Part shown: one piece after another, positions 8,755 through 15,413 of the stretch
Layout: each line of letters begins with the position of its first letter
How positions within the stretch are numbered: position 1 is the first letter of the stretch
Origin: Clostridiales bacterium Firm_04
Lineage (GTDB): Bacteria > Bacillota > Clostridia > Oscillospirales > Ruminococcaceae
Direction of reading: 5' to 3'
Length of the DNA: 64,000 nucleotides
Assembly (NCBI GenBank): GCA_001603005.1
Contig: LVAJ01000028.1
Coordinates: forward strand, 14,073-78,072
Notes under the pieces: model-generated
What the model was told of the DNA's origin: nothing
Databases searched by the model: none
Seen by the model: the letters and a program-made list of their open reading frames with translations, nothing else
Translations under genes and position numbers: made by a program

Positions 8755-8995
8755 ACAGAATTTGACGGGCTGTTAGCCGTAATATGCAGCCCGTCAATAT
8801 GAAATTGTCAAGGTTCCAAGCGCGTTGTGACTTCGGCTTACTCCGGTCAGACACCTCATTGCGCTGCCGATTCTGCCTACTGGACCGCATCGGCTGACTC
8901 CGCATAATCATTCCCGCGGATGCCCCCGATGCACAGCGCCCTCTACTAATAGTGCTCAAATCGCGATTTTTTGCACGTTTCCGTGCAACTAGTAC
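8755..8995 (-). ncRNA. Candidate orphan structured RNA (~240 nt), class not recognised
   Basis: No credible ORF. Minus strand shows a 5' hairpin UUGCACG-GAAA-CGUGCAA (8988-8971) and nested helices GCGCUG/CAGCGC, GCAUCGG/CCGAUGC, CCGC/GCGG. A 3' 11-bp hairpin UUGACGGGCUG...CAGCCCGUCAA (8797-8762) is followed by AUUCUGUUUU. Confidence 0.3.
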
Positions 8996-9160
8996 CAAAT
9001 TGTAATCAAATCTTCAGATTCAGAGTAAAATAAAGCAAGATACGCCAATTTTATAACAAGATACTCATACAGAAGAACCGACCGGATTATTGGCAGCGGG
9101 GAAGCCCACGCGGGCATATCCCGCACCGATCTGACGGATCGTGGCGCATGCTTCTACTTC

Positions 9161-9203
9161 CCTAACCTATCCTTACCTATCCTAACCTATACTAACCTAT
9201 ACT
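9161..9203. repeat. Tandem 10-bp repeats, 4 copies (CCTAACCTAT-like)
   Basis: CCTAACCTAT CCTTACCTAT CCTAACCTAT ACTAACCTAT, read directly from the sequence. Confidence 0.95.
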
Positions 9204-9268
9204 GGGTTGACAGTTGGTTGACAGTTGGTTGACAGTTGGTTGTCAATTGGTTGTCGATTGGTTGTCAT
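9204..9268. repeat. Tandem 11-bp iterons, 6 copies (TTGGTTGACAG-like)
   Basis: GGGTTGACAG TTGGTTGACAG TTGGTTGACAG TTGGTTGTCAA TTGGTTGTCGA TTGGTTGTCAT. Period is one helical turn, and the first three units carry TTGACA. Confidence 0.95.
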
Positions 9269-9312
9269 CTGCGGGGAGCCGGTTTCGCGGACTGTCCCCG
9301 CATTCGCAGAAC

Positions 9313-9470
9313 AGCGAAATTTTTGCATCCTCTCCCATTGCACTTTTCGGCATAATATGCTATAAGCGGGCAGTGCCCGCAGCCGAGATAGCACCCAAGA
9401 AACGAAACTGCGAAATTTTTGCTTTCTCTCCCATTGCACTTTTCGGCATAATATGCTATAATAAAAGAAT
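9313..9470 (+). repeat. Two tandem ~60-bp promoter-bearing cassettes (copies A and B), homologous to 13437-13690 in inverted orientation
   Basis: Both copies read GCGAAATTTTTGC-T-CTCTCCCATTGCACTTTTCGGCATAATATGCTATAA(G/T). Copy A continues with GCGGGCAGTGCCCGC. Confidence 0.9.
9434..9462 (+). promoter_or_regulatory. Sigma-A type promoter in cassette B (TTGCAC-17-TATAAT) facing the sigma-factor gene
   Basis: TTGCACttttcggcataatatgcTATAAT. Copy A (9338-9366) is identical except for a TATAAG -10. Confidence 0.6.
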
Positions 9471-9547
9471 GTACACGGAGTGTGCGGGCGGATCATCGCT
9501 GCCTGTAACCCCCGCGGCAGAAAATCAAAAAAATTTTCGGAAAAGGG

Positions 9548-9575
9548 TGTAACCTTTTCTGACGGTTCGGGTCTA
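9548..9575 (+). promoter_or_regulatory. Candidate ECF-type autoregulatory promoter (TGTAAC-17-GTCTA) with upstream A/T tract
   Basis: CAAAAAAATTTTCGGAAAAGGGTGTAAC-N17-GTCTA. A near-identical block precedes the paralogous sigma gene at 31429-31485 on the minus strand. Confidence 0.5.
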
Positions 9576-9605
9576 TATAGGTGAAGGCACGAAACGCGAA
9601 GGGCG

Positions 9606-10172
9606 GTGGATGCCACGGAAGACGAAAGAATTCTTTTGCTGTTTGAAAATCGGAATGAGCAGGCGCTGGCTGAGACAGAAAGTCAGTATGGAGCGCGCTG
9701 CCGGACTGTTGCACGCAATATTCTGGGCAGTGAGCAGGACGCCGAGGAATGCATGAATGACGCATTGCTCAGCGCGTGGAATACCATCCCGCCGGCACAT
9801 CCCAAGCACTACGGTGCGTATTTTCTGACGCTGGTACGTAACTTTGCCCTCAAGCGCTATGCCGCCGGCCACGCCGAAAAGCGCGGCGGCGGACAAATGC
9901 CGCTTGCACTCGCGGAGCTTTCAGAGGTTCTGTCTTCCGGCGAAAACGTCGAGCGGGAAATCGACCGGCGCGATATGCTGGAAGCAGTCAAACTGTTTCT
10001 CGGCAGCCTGCCCGAACGGCAGCGAAATCTGTTCGTCCGGCGCTACTGGCATGCATCCCCGATCTCGGAAATCGCTGCGGACTTTGAGATGACGGAAATC
10101 AACGTGAAGGTGACGCTTTCGCGTATCAGAAGTCGGCTGCAAAAGCATCTGCGGAAGGAGGGATTGCTGTGA
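9606..10172 (+). CDS. ECF-like sigma-70 family RNA polymerase sigma factor
   Basis: GTG start. Region 2 (DAEECMNDALLSAWNTIPP, YFLTLVRNFALKRY) and region 4 (RQRNLFVRRYWHASPISEIAADFEMTEINVKVTLSRIRSRL). Confidence 0.85.
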   Translation: MDATEDERILLLFENRNEQALAETESQYGARCRTVARNILGSEQDAEECMNDALLSAWNTIPPAHPKHYGAYFLTLVRNFALKRYAAGHAEKRGGGQMPLALAELSEVLSSGENVEREIDRRDMLEAVKLFLGSLPERQRNLFVRRYWHASPISEIAADFEMTEINVKVTLSRIRSRLQKHLRKEGLL

Positions 10173-11503
10173 AAGAGCTTGAATTTATGGAGCTTCTGAG
10201 CGAACTCCCCGCAGAATACATCGAAGCAGCTGCCGCACCGCAGCCGCCTCAGCGCAGAATCTTCCGGAAGCATTACGGGATTCCGGCGATCGCTGCCTGT
10301 ATCGTTGTGGTGCTTGCTGCAGTGATCTATCCGAAGCTTCGTGTCGGAAAACCGGAGCAAACACCGGAGCCGGAGCAATCTTCCGCAATCGTGACGACTG
10401 TGCCGGACGATGAACCGCAGAATGAGGGTACAACATCTGACGGGGAATCGGTCAGCACAACTGCCGCGACGCAAAAGGGAACGGATGCCGGCACTGACCA
10501 GTCCGGATCTGCATCGAAGTCCGCTGTCACGGAGCGGACAAAGGCAGACGGCTCGCAGGATCCAGAACCTGCACAGTCGGCGGCATCCGATACCCGGCAT
10601 TCCGGTTCTGCAAAGACATCTGCTCAGAACAAAACAACCGCATCCAGTACAAAAACAACGGCGAAAACATCTGCGAAAACGACTGCCTCAGCATCGCACA
10701 GCAGTACAAAAACGACAGCAAAACAGACAACAAAGGGCACGACAGCACGGACAACTGCGGCAAAGACAACTGCACCGCCGCGGACAACAGTCAAAACCAC
10801 TGCGTCCACACGGACAGCAGGTACAACACGGCCGGCAGGTACGACGAGACCTGCAAGAACAACCCGACCGGCAGATACGTCACAGGCGCCCAGAACGCAA
10901 AGAACAACTGCCTCGACAAATCAGACACAGACAGACCGGCAGGGTGCAGTGACATCCGGTACCGGACCGACCGGCACGCAGACGCAGCCGAGCTATTCGG
11001 GAACGATGGCGACGAGCTGGACCGGTGATAAAGGAACGCAGACAGAGGAAACACCGCCGATCGGAACCAGACCGCAGCCGTATGAACCGTCAACAACGGA
11101 TACGCTGCCGGTGCTGGAACTGCTGGAACCTGCCGATGAATCGCAGCATCATTACGGCGAGACCGAAATCGCATTCAATTACGGCGACGGAAGTCTGCCG
11201 GACGGCTTCGAGATGCCGGATTACTTCGACTATGAGAATTATGATTATCTGGTCGTGAATTATTATATCCGGTGCGGCGATGCGGCGCTTACGGGTGCTT
11301 CCTGTTCGGACGGTTCCATGGATCTGAAGCTTGCTGTGCTCAGCGAAGACGCGTCGTTCTGCCTGTATCGCGCTGTGGTCTTTATTCCGAAGGGCATGGA
11401 CGTGAACGCCGACGAAGTGACGATCTCGACGCAGTACGCATGGAACAGAGATCTCTTTGACTCCTACCTTCCGGATGAAGCCGGATGGATTCCGGTGGAG
11501 TGA
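10169..11503 (+). CDS. Putative anti-sigma factor: single-pass membrane protein with Thr/Ala-rich linker
   Basis: GTG overlaps the sigma stop (GTGA). The N-terminus LSELPAEYIEAAAAP resembles GIPDQIIDAAKPS of the protein at 30827. One TM segment (IPAIAACIVVVLAAVIY), a ~200-aa T/A/K low-complexity region and a C-terminal globular part. Function is inferred from gene context. Confidence 0.55.
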   Translation: MKELEFMELLSELPAEYIEAAAAPQPPQRRIFRKHYGIPAIAACIVVVLAAVIYPKLRVGKPEQTPEPEQSSAIVTTVPDDEPQNEGTTSDGESVSTTAATQKGTDAGTDQSGSASKSAVTERTKADGSQDPEPAQSAASDTRHSGSAKTSAQNKTTASSTKTTAKTSAKTTASASHSSTKTTAKQTTKGTTARTTAAKTTAPPRTTVKTTASTRTAGTTRPAGTTRPARTTRPADTSQAPRTQRTTASTNQTQTDRQGAVTSGTGPTGTQTQPSYSGTMATSWTGDKGTQTEETPPIGTRPQPYEPSTTDTLPVLELLEPADESQHHYGETEIAFNYGDGSLPDGFEMPDYFDYENYDYLVVNYYIRCGDAALTGASCSDGSMDLKLAVLSEDASFCLYRAVVFIPKGMDVNADEVTISTQYAWNRDLFDSYLPDEAGWIPVE

Positions 11504-11621
11504 TCCGGATACCTGATATCGTTTTTGGAGAGGGGGATATCAGGACGGTGCCGCTGCGGGGGCTTTCCCCGCGGCGCACCGTACCATACAGACTATTTCG
11601 TTACATCCTTCACATAGCGGG

Positions 11622-11670
11622 CCCCGCCTGCGGACACCTCCTGTCTGCGGGCGGGGTTCGTCTTTTCTGC
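11622..11670 (+). terminator. Intrinsic terminator after the anti-sigma gene
   Basis: Imperfect hairpin CCCCGCCTGCGG...CTGCGGGCGGGG followed by TTCGTCTTTTCTG. Confidence 0.55.
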
Positions 11671-11711
11671 AAAAAAAACACGATGCACGCCGGATCCGGA
11701 ATGCATCGTGT
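11671..11711 (-). terminator. Intrinsic terminator of the adenine deaminase gene
   Basis: Minus strand shows ACACGATGCA-loop-TGCATCGTGT followed by TTTTTTTT. Confidence 0.75.
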
Positions 11712-11723
11712 CCCATTTTATAT

Positions 11724-13415
11724 TTAGTCTGCAAAGAGCGGCAGCAGCGTCTGCGTCTGCACATCCGCAAGCCCGAAGGTCGTCATTTTGATTGCCGGAA
11801 TGACCGTCAGCGAAACAAACGCCATGTTCATGAACGGCGAGATATTCTCCGGTACGCCGAGCGCCCGCACCGCATCGTTCAGCGCACGGTTCTGCGCCGC
11901 AACGGTCTCCGCGTCGCGGTCGCTCATCAGTCCCGCAACCGGCAGCGGAAGCTCCTGCAGCACTTCGCCGTCCAGCACTGCCGCACAGCCGCCGCCGAGC
12001 GTCCGGATCCGGTTTGCTGCGGCTGCCATGTCCGCATCATTCGTGCCGATGACGATGAGATTGTGCGCATCATGCGAAACCGATGCCGCGATCGCACCGC
12101 GTTTCAGCCCGATGCCGCTGATATAGCCAAGCCCTCTGTGACCGGTCGCTTTGTGGCGTTCGATCACGGCAAGCTTCAGGATATCCCGTTCGGTATCAAT
12201 TCCGTTATTCTTCGTAAAATCGAGCGTTTCGATGCGTTCTTCTGTAATGAGCTGACCGGCGATCACGCCGATCACGCGGCACTTGCTGCCCTGCGGCGTG
12301 ATCTGAAAATCTGCTGCTGAAAGTGCATCCAGATGAAACGAATGCAGCACCGCCGCCCATTTTTCCGTGTGATGATCCGGTGCATCGAACGGCTTGCAGA
12401 CACCGTTTTCGACGGCAAGTCTGCCCGCACTGTAAACATCCTGCACCGCCATGCTTTCGAGATCGCGCAGCACCAGCAAATCCGCGCGGTGACCCGGAGC
12501 GATCGCGCCGACACGCTGCAAGCCGAAGCATTGCGCCGCCTGAATCGTCGCCATCTGAATGCAGGTCACGGCGGATTTTCCCGCGCGCACTGCCATGCGG
12601 ATCATGTGGTCGATATGTCCGTCCGCGAGCAGTTCTGCCGGATGTTTGTCATCCGTGACGAGCAGGCAGCGGCGGCAGTAGGGTTCCTCGAACAGCGGCA
12701 GCAGCGCTTCGAGATTCCGCGCCGCAGTCCCCTGCCGGATCATCAGCCATTGCCCCTTGCGCACGCGCTCCAGTCCTTCTGCGGCAGAGGAGCATTCGTG
12801 GTCGCTCTGAATGCCTGCCGCGATATAGCGGTCGAGGTCATGACCGGTCAGCAGCGGCGCATGTCCGTCAATGACCTTGCTGGCAGCCTTTGCCGCAGCC
12901 AGCTTTTCCATGACAAAATCCGCGCCGGCAAGTACACCCGGATAATTCATCATCTCCGCAAGTCCGGGGACGCGCGGATGCGAAAAATACGGCGCAAGAT
13001 CCTTCGCGAGCAGCTCTGCGCCGGATTCGTCCAGCGGCATCGCCGGAACGCAGGACGGCGTCATGATATAGACATGCAGCGGCAGGTTTTCGCTCATTTC
13101 CAGCATGAAATCAATGCCGCGCGTGCCGCAGACATTTGCAATTTCATGCGGATCCGCGACGATCGCCGTCGTGCCGTGCGGCAGCGCAGCCCTTGCCAGC
13201 TCCGCGGGCATCAGCATGGTGCTCTCGATATGAATATGACCGTCGATCAGTCCGGGACAGAGCACGCAGCCCGTGACATCCCGCACAATGTCCGCATCGC
13301 TGTCCGCGTAATCGCCGGTGCCGAGGATGCAGTCATCTTCGATCAGGACGTCCTCGCGCAGCAGCTCGCCGGTAAAGACATTGACGACCGTGCCGTTTTT
13401 CAGCAGTGTTTTCAT
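11724..13415 (-). CDS. ade: Adenine deaminase
   Basis: 563 aa. N-terminus LKNGTVVNVFTGELL...PGLIDGHIHIESTMLMP...GTTAIVADPHEIANV is typical of the amidohydrolase-fold Ade family. Confidence 0.9.
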   Translation of the reverse strand: MKTLLKNGTVVNVFTGELLREDVLIEDDCILGTGDYADSDADIVRDVTGCVLCPGLIDGHIHIESTMLMPAELARAALPHGTTAIVADPHEIANVCGTRGIDFMLEMSENLPLHVYIMTPSCVPAMPLDESGAELLAKDLAPYFSHPRVPGLAEMMNYPGVLAGADFVMEKLAAAKAASKVIDGHAPLLTGHDLDRYIAAGIQSDHECSSAAEGLERVRKGQWLMIRQGTAARNLEALLPLFEEPYCRRCLLVTDDKHPAELLADGHIDHMIRMAVRAGKSAVTCIQMATIQAAQCFGLQRVGAIAPGHRADLLVLRDLESMAVQDVYSAGRLAVENGVCKPFDAPDHHTEKWAAVLHSFHLDALSAADFQITPQGSKCRVIGVIAGQLITEERIETLDFTKNNGIDTERDILKLAVIERHKATGHRGLGYISGIGLKRGAIAASVSHDAHNLIVIGTNDADMAAAANRIRTLGGGCAAVLDGEVLQELPLPVAGLMSDRDAETVAAQNRALNDAVRALGVPENISPFMNMAFVSLTVIPAIKMTTFGLADVQTQTLLPLFAD

Positions 13416-13436
13416 GGTTCAGCCCCCTTTCAGGAT

Positions 13437-13690
13437 AGCTTCATTATAGCATATTATCCGGAAAAGTGCAATGGAGTGTGCGTTTTTTTCAAATGATGCA
13501 GAATGGGAACAGTAACTTATGAGAAGCCGCGAACAGCGGCGTGAACTGCGAAAGTTGGGTGATCCACGCTGCCGCACTCCGGAGGGATAAGCCAGCGGGG
13601 GCTCCCCGCCGGGCACTGCCCGCCGGGGACTGCCCGCTTATAGCATATTTTCCGGAAAAGTGCAATGGGAGTGAATGCAAAAAATCGGGG
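13437..13690 (-). repeat. Two promoter-bearing cassettes (copies C and D), inverted homologues of 9313-9470
   Basis: Minus-strand copy C is ACTCCATTGCACTTTTCCGGATAATATGCTATAAT. Copy D is TTTTTTGCATTCACTCCCATTGCACTTTTCCGGAAAATATGCTATAAGCGGGCAGTCCCC. Confidence 0.9.
13443..13471 (-). promoter_or_regulatory. Sigma-A type promoter (TTGCAC-17-TATAAT) of ade (cassette C)
   Basis: Minus-strand reading is TTGCACttttccggataatatgcTATAAT, ~28 nt upstream of the ade ATG and its AAAGGGGG RBS. Confidence 0.65.
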
Positions 13691-13714
13691 CATCCTCTGT
13701 GCGGAGGACACCCC
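13678..13714 (-). terminator. Intrinsic terminator downstream of tRNA-Leu
   Basis: Minus strand shows GGGGTGTCCTC-CGCACA-GAGGATGCCCC followed by GATTTTTT. Confidence 0.8.
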
Positions 13715-13722
13715 GTTTTGTA

Positions 13723-13804
13723 TGCACCTGACAGGACTTGAACCTGCACGCCTTGCGGCATTGGAACCTAAATCCAACGTGTCTGCCAGTTTCACCACAG
13801 GTGC
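13723..13804 (-). tRNA. tRNA-Leu (anticodon UAG)
   Basis: Minus strand reads GCACCTG-TG-GTGAAACTGGCAGACAC-G-TTGGA-TTTAGGT-TCCAA-TGCCGCAAGGCGT-GCAGG-TTCAAGT-CCTGT-CAGGTGC-A. It has a 7-bp acceptor stem, long variable arm, TTCAAGT T-loop and anticodon TAG. CCA is not encoded. Confidence 0.9.
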
Positions 13805-13815
13805 GTTGTTGATTG

Positions 13816-14028
13816 TCAAATTGTCTGGATCAGCTCGCATTCCGCGGCGAAATCTGAGCCGGCTGCTTCTGCCCCGAAATTCTGTTCCGGCGGGATGGCA
13901 ACGGAACGCGAAAGCGCATTGTTCCCTGCCGCGATGTCTTTGATTTTCAAAAACAGGCTCAGCGGAAAATCCGAATCCCATTCCATGCGGCAGTCGAGTA
14001 AGCCGAAACGGTGCAGCACAGCATCCAT
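13816..14028 (-). CDS. Hypothetical 70-aa protein, translationally coupled to the upstream GNAT gene
   Basis: ATG at 14028 lies 1 nt after the GNAT TGA (TGAAATG). Codon usage is GC3-rich like its neighbours. Product MDAVLHRFGLLDCRMEWDSDFPLSLFLKIKDIAAGNN... belongs to no family I recognise. Confidence 0.4.
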   Translation of the reverse strand: MDAVLHRFGLLDCRMEWDSDFPLSLFLKIKDIAAGNNALSRSVAIPPEQNFGAEAAGSDFAAECELIQTI

Positions 14029-14029
14029 T

Positions 14030-14791
14030 TCACGAATCGCTGCGCCTGACGGTACAGCATTCGGAAATCTGCGTGAATCCGAGCTTTTCGGCAAGCATGC
14101 GGGATGCGGTATTCGCTGCATGACATGCCCAGACCGGCTGCCGGTTCTGCCGGATGCAATCGCGGATCATCTCCGCAGCAGCAGCGCGCGCCAGCCCCAT
14201 GTGCCGGAATGCGCTGTCCGTTTCGACGCCGATATCAGTCTCATCTGCGCTGACCGCAGCGGAAAATGCCCATGATACGGGCTTTTCGTTCCGGACAATG
14301 CAGAAGCCTCTGCCGTCCCGCAGGAATGCGTCCGGCTGTGTCCATGAGAAAAACGGCGTTACCTTGCCCTGCATCTGCATCAGCAGGGGCATGGTGATCT
14401 CACAGCAGGAGAAGCCTTCCGGCAGCGGAACCGCTTCGGGCGCCTGTGCCTGCCGATAGGCGAAAAAGAGCCGCCGTTCGATCGTCAGACCGCGCTGCGC
14501 CTGAAAGAACCGCAGTGCCGCTTCATCCTGCAAAAACAGCAGAAACCGTTCGGGAAATGCGGCATCCGGCGCGAGAAACTGCGCGTATACTTCGGAAAGC
14601 ACATGCTGATCGGGCGATCCGGCAAGAAATGCGAATCCGCAGCTGTGCCGGATGACAAACGCATCCTTTGCGGCAAAAATGTCGCCGCACTGGATACCGG
14701 ATGCAGCGGAGAGCGGATAGACCGCGCCGCAGCTCTGCGGATCAATTGCCGCAAGCGCATCAGAATAAGCATCCTTTGTCAGGCGGATCAT
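14030..14791 (-). CDS. GNAT-family N-acetyltransferase (253 aa)
   Basis: The ATG at 14791 overlaps the upstream gene's stop (ATGA). C-terminal acetyl-CoA fold IGVETDSAFRHMGLARAAAAEMIRDC...ANTASRMLAEKLGF. Confidence 0.7.
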   Translation of the reverse strand: MIRLTKDAYSDALAAIDPQSCGAVYPLSAASGIQCGDIFAAKDAFVIRHSCGFAFLAGSPDQHVLSEVYAQFLAPDAAFPERFLLFLQDEAALRFFQAQRGLTIERRLFFAYRQAQAPEAVPLPEGFSCCEITMPLLMQMQGKVTPFFSWTQPDAFLRDGRGFCIVRNEKPVSWAFSAAVSADETDIGVETDSAFRHMGLARAAAAEMIRDCIRQNRQPVWACHAANTASRMLAEKLGFTQISECCTVRRSDS

Positions 14792-15261
14792 ACGATTTGC
14801 TCCTTGCTGTCGGGCTGCCGGACGAGCCGGATCAGCGGTACCCATTCATCTTCGATCATGGTTTCGCCGTTCGGCAGAAAACCGTGCCGGCTGTAAAACG
14901 CAATGCCGCGCTTGTTGTATTCCAGCGCCCAGAGGTTCGTGACCTGCATCTGCGAAACAGCAAATTCCAGCAGCGCCGCGCCGATGCCCTGCGACTGAAA
15001 CTGCGGCTCGACATAAAGCTTTTCGACCTCGTCGCCGCAGACGCGGAGCACGCCCTTCACCACGCCGTCATCATAGACATAGGTATGCTGCAAAGCCTGT
15101 GTTCCCTCTGCATATTCCGCAGCCATATCCACGACATTCAGCTCACCGAAATAGAACGGATCGTTGCGGAAAAACGGGTAGAAGTTGACGCGGTAATTCG
15201 TAATGATGATCTCGGCAATGCGGGACGCATCGGCTGCCGAAGCCGGTCTGATCGGATTCAT
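14788..15261 (-). CDS. GNAT-family N-acetyltransferase (157 aa)
   Basis: Motifs IRPASAADASRIAEI, KLYVEPQFQSQGIGAALLEFAV and NKRGIAFYSRHGF. Confidence 0.85.
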   Translation of the reverse strand: MNPIRPASAADASRIAEIIITNYRVNFYPFFRNDPFYFGELNVVDMAAEYAEGTQALQHTYVYDDGVVKGVLRVCGDEVEKLYVEPQFQSQGIGAALLEFAVSQMQVTNLWALEYNKRGIAFYSRHGFLPNGETMIEDEWVPLIRLVRQPDSKEQIV

Positions 15262-15315
15262 GCTGATTCTGTACTCCCAACTGCAAGTCCTTGCATTTCA
15301 CATGCATATACGCAT

Positions 15316-15344
15316 ATTATAGCAAGTTTCTCCTGTTTTGTCAA
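15316..15344 (-). promoter_or_regulatory. Consensus sigma-A promoter (TTGACA-17-TATAAT) of the GNAT-GNAT-tRNA unit
   Basis: Minus-strand reading is TTGACAaaacaggagaaacttgcTATAAT. Confidence 0.65.
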
Positions 15345-15365
15345 GAAGGCTTTCCGCGCGGACAC

Positions 15366-15395
15366 AAAAAAGCTGTCCGGCGCAAACCGGACAGC
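15366..15395 (-). terminator. Intrinsic terminator of fba
   Basis: Minus strand shows GGCTGTCCGG-TTTGCG-CCGGACAGC followed by TTTTTTG. Confidence 0.8.
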
Positions 15396-15413
15396 CTTCT
15401 GAAAAGCCTGAAA

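Noticed and set aside
8620-8998. Small ORFs 8620-8802 (+) and 8699-8998 (-) in the AT-rich island
   Set aside because: They have no RBS, odd composition and overlap hairpins and repeats. The region is better explained as non-coding regulatory or RNA sequence.
9159-9170. Telomere-like CCCTAACC string at the start of the 10-bp repeat array
   Set aside because: Only a single CCCTAA unit occurs. The repeat unit is a 10-mer (CCTAACCTAT), not a TTAGGG-type hexamer array, so the match is coincidental.
9197-9896. ORFs 9197-9616 (-), 9214-9552 (+), 9493-9765 (-) and 9573-9896 (-) over the iterons and promoter cassettes
   Set aside because: Their sequences are translated tandem repeats (WLTVGCQLVVDWL; ALFGIICYN twice), or they lie antisense to the sigma-factor gene. 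None has an RBS.
13517-13981. 154-aa minus-strand ORF spanning the tRNA-Leu and the promoter cassettes
   Set aside because: It reads through a canonical tRNA (…VVKLADTLDLGSNAARRAGSSPV… is the translated tRNA) and its terminator. Only the short 13816-14028 portion, in a different frame, was kept as a possible gene.
13400-14030. tRNA-Leu as an integration site for a genomic island or prophage
   Set aside because: No integrase, recombinase, direct repeat of the tRNA 3' end or phage-like genes were found on either side within the window. The flanking genes are housekeeping-like (ade, GNATs, fba).
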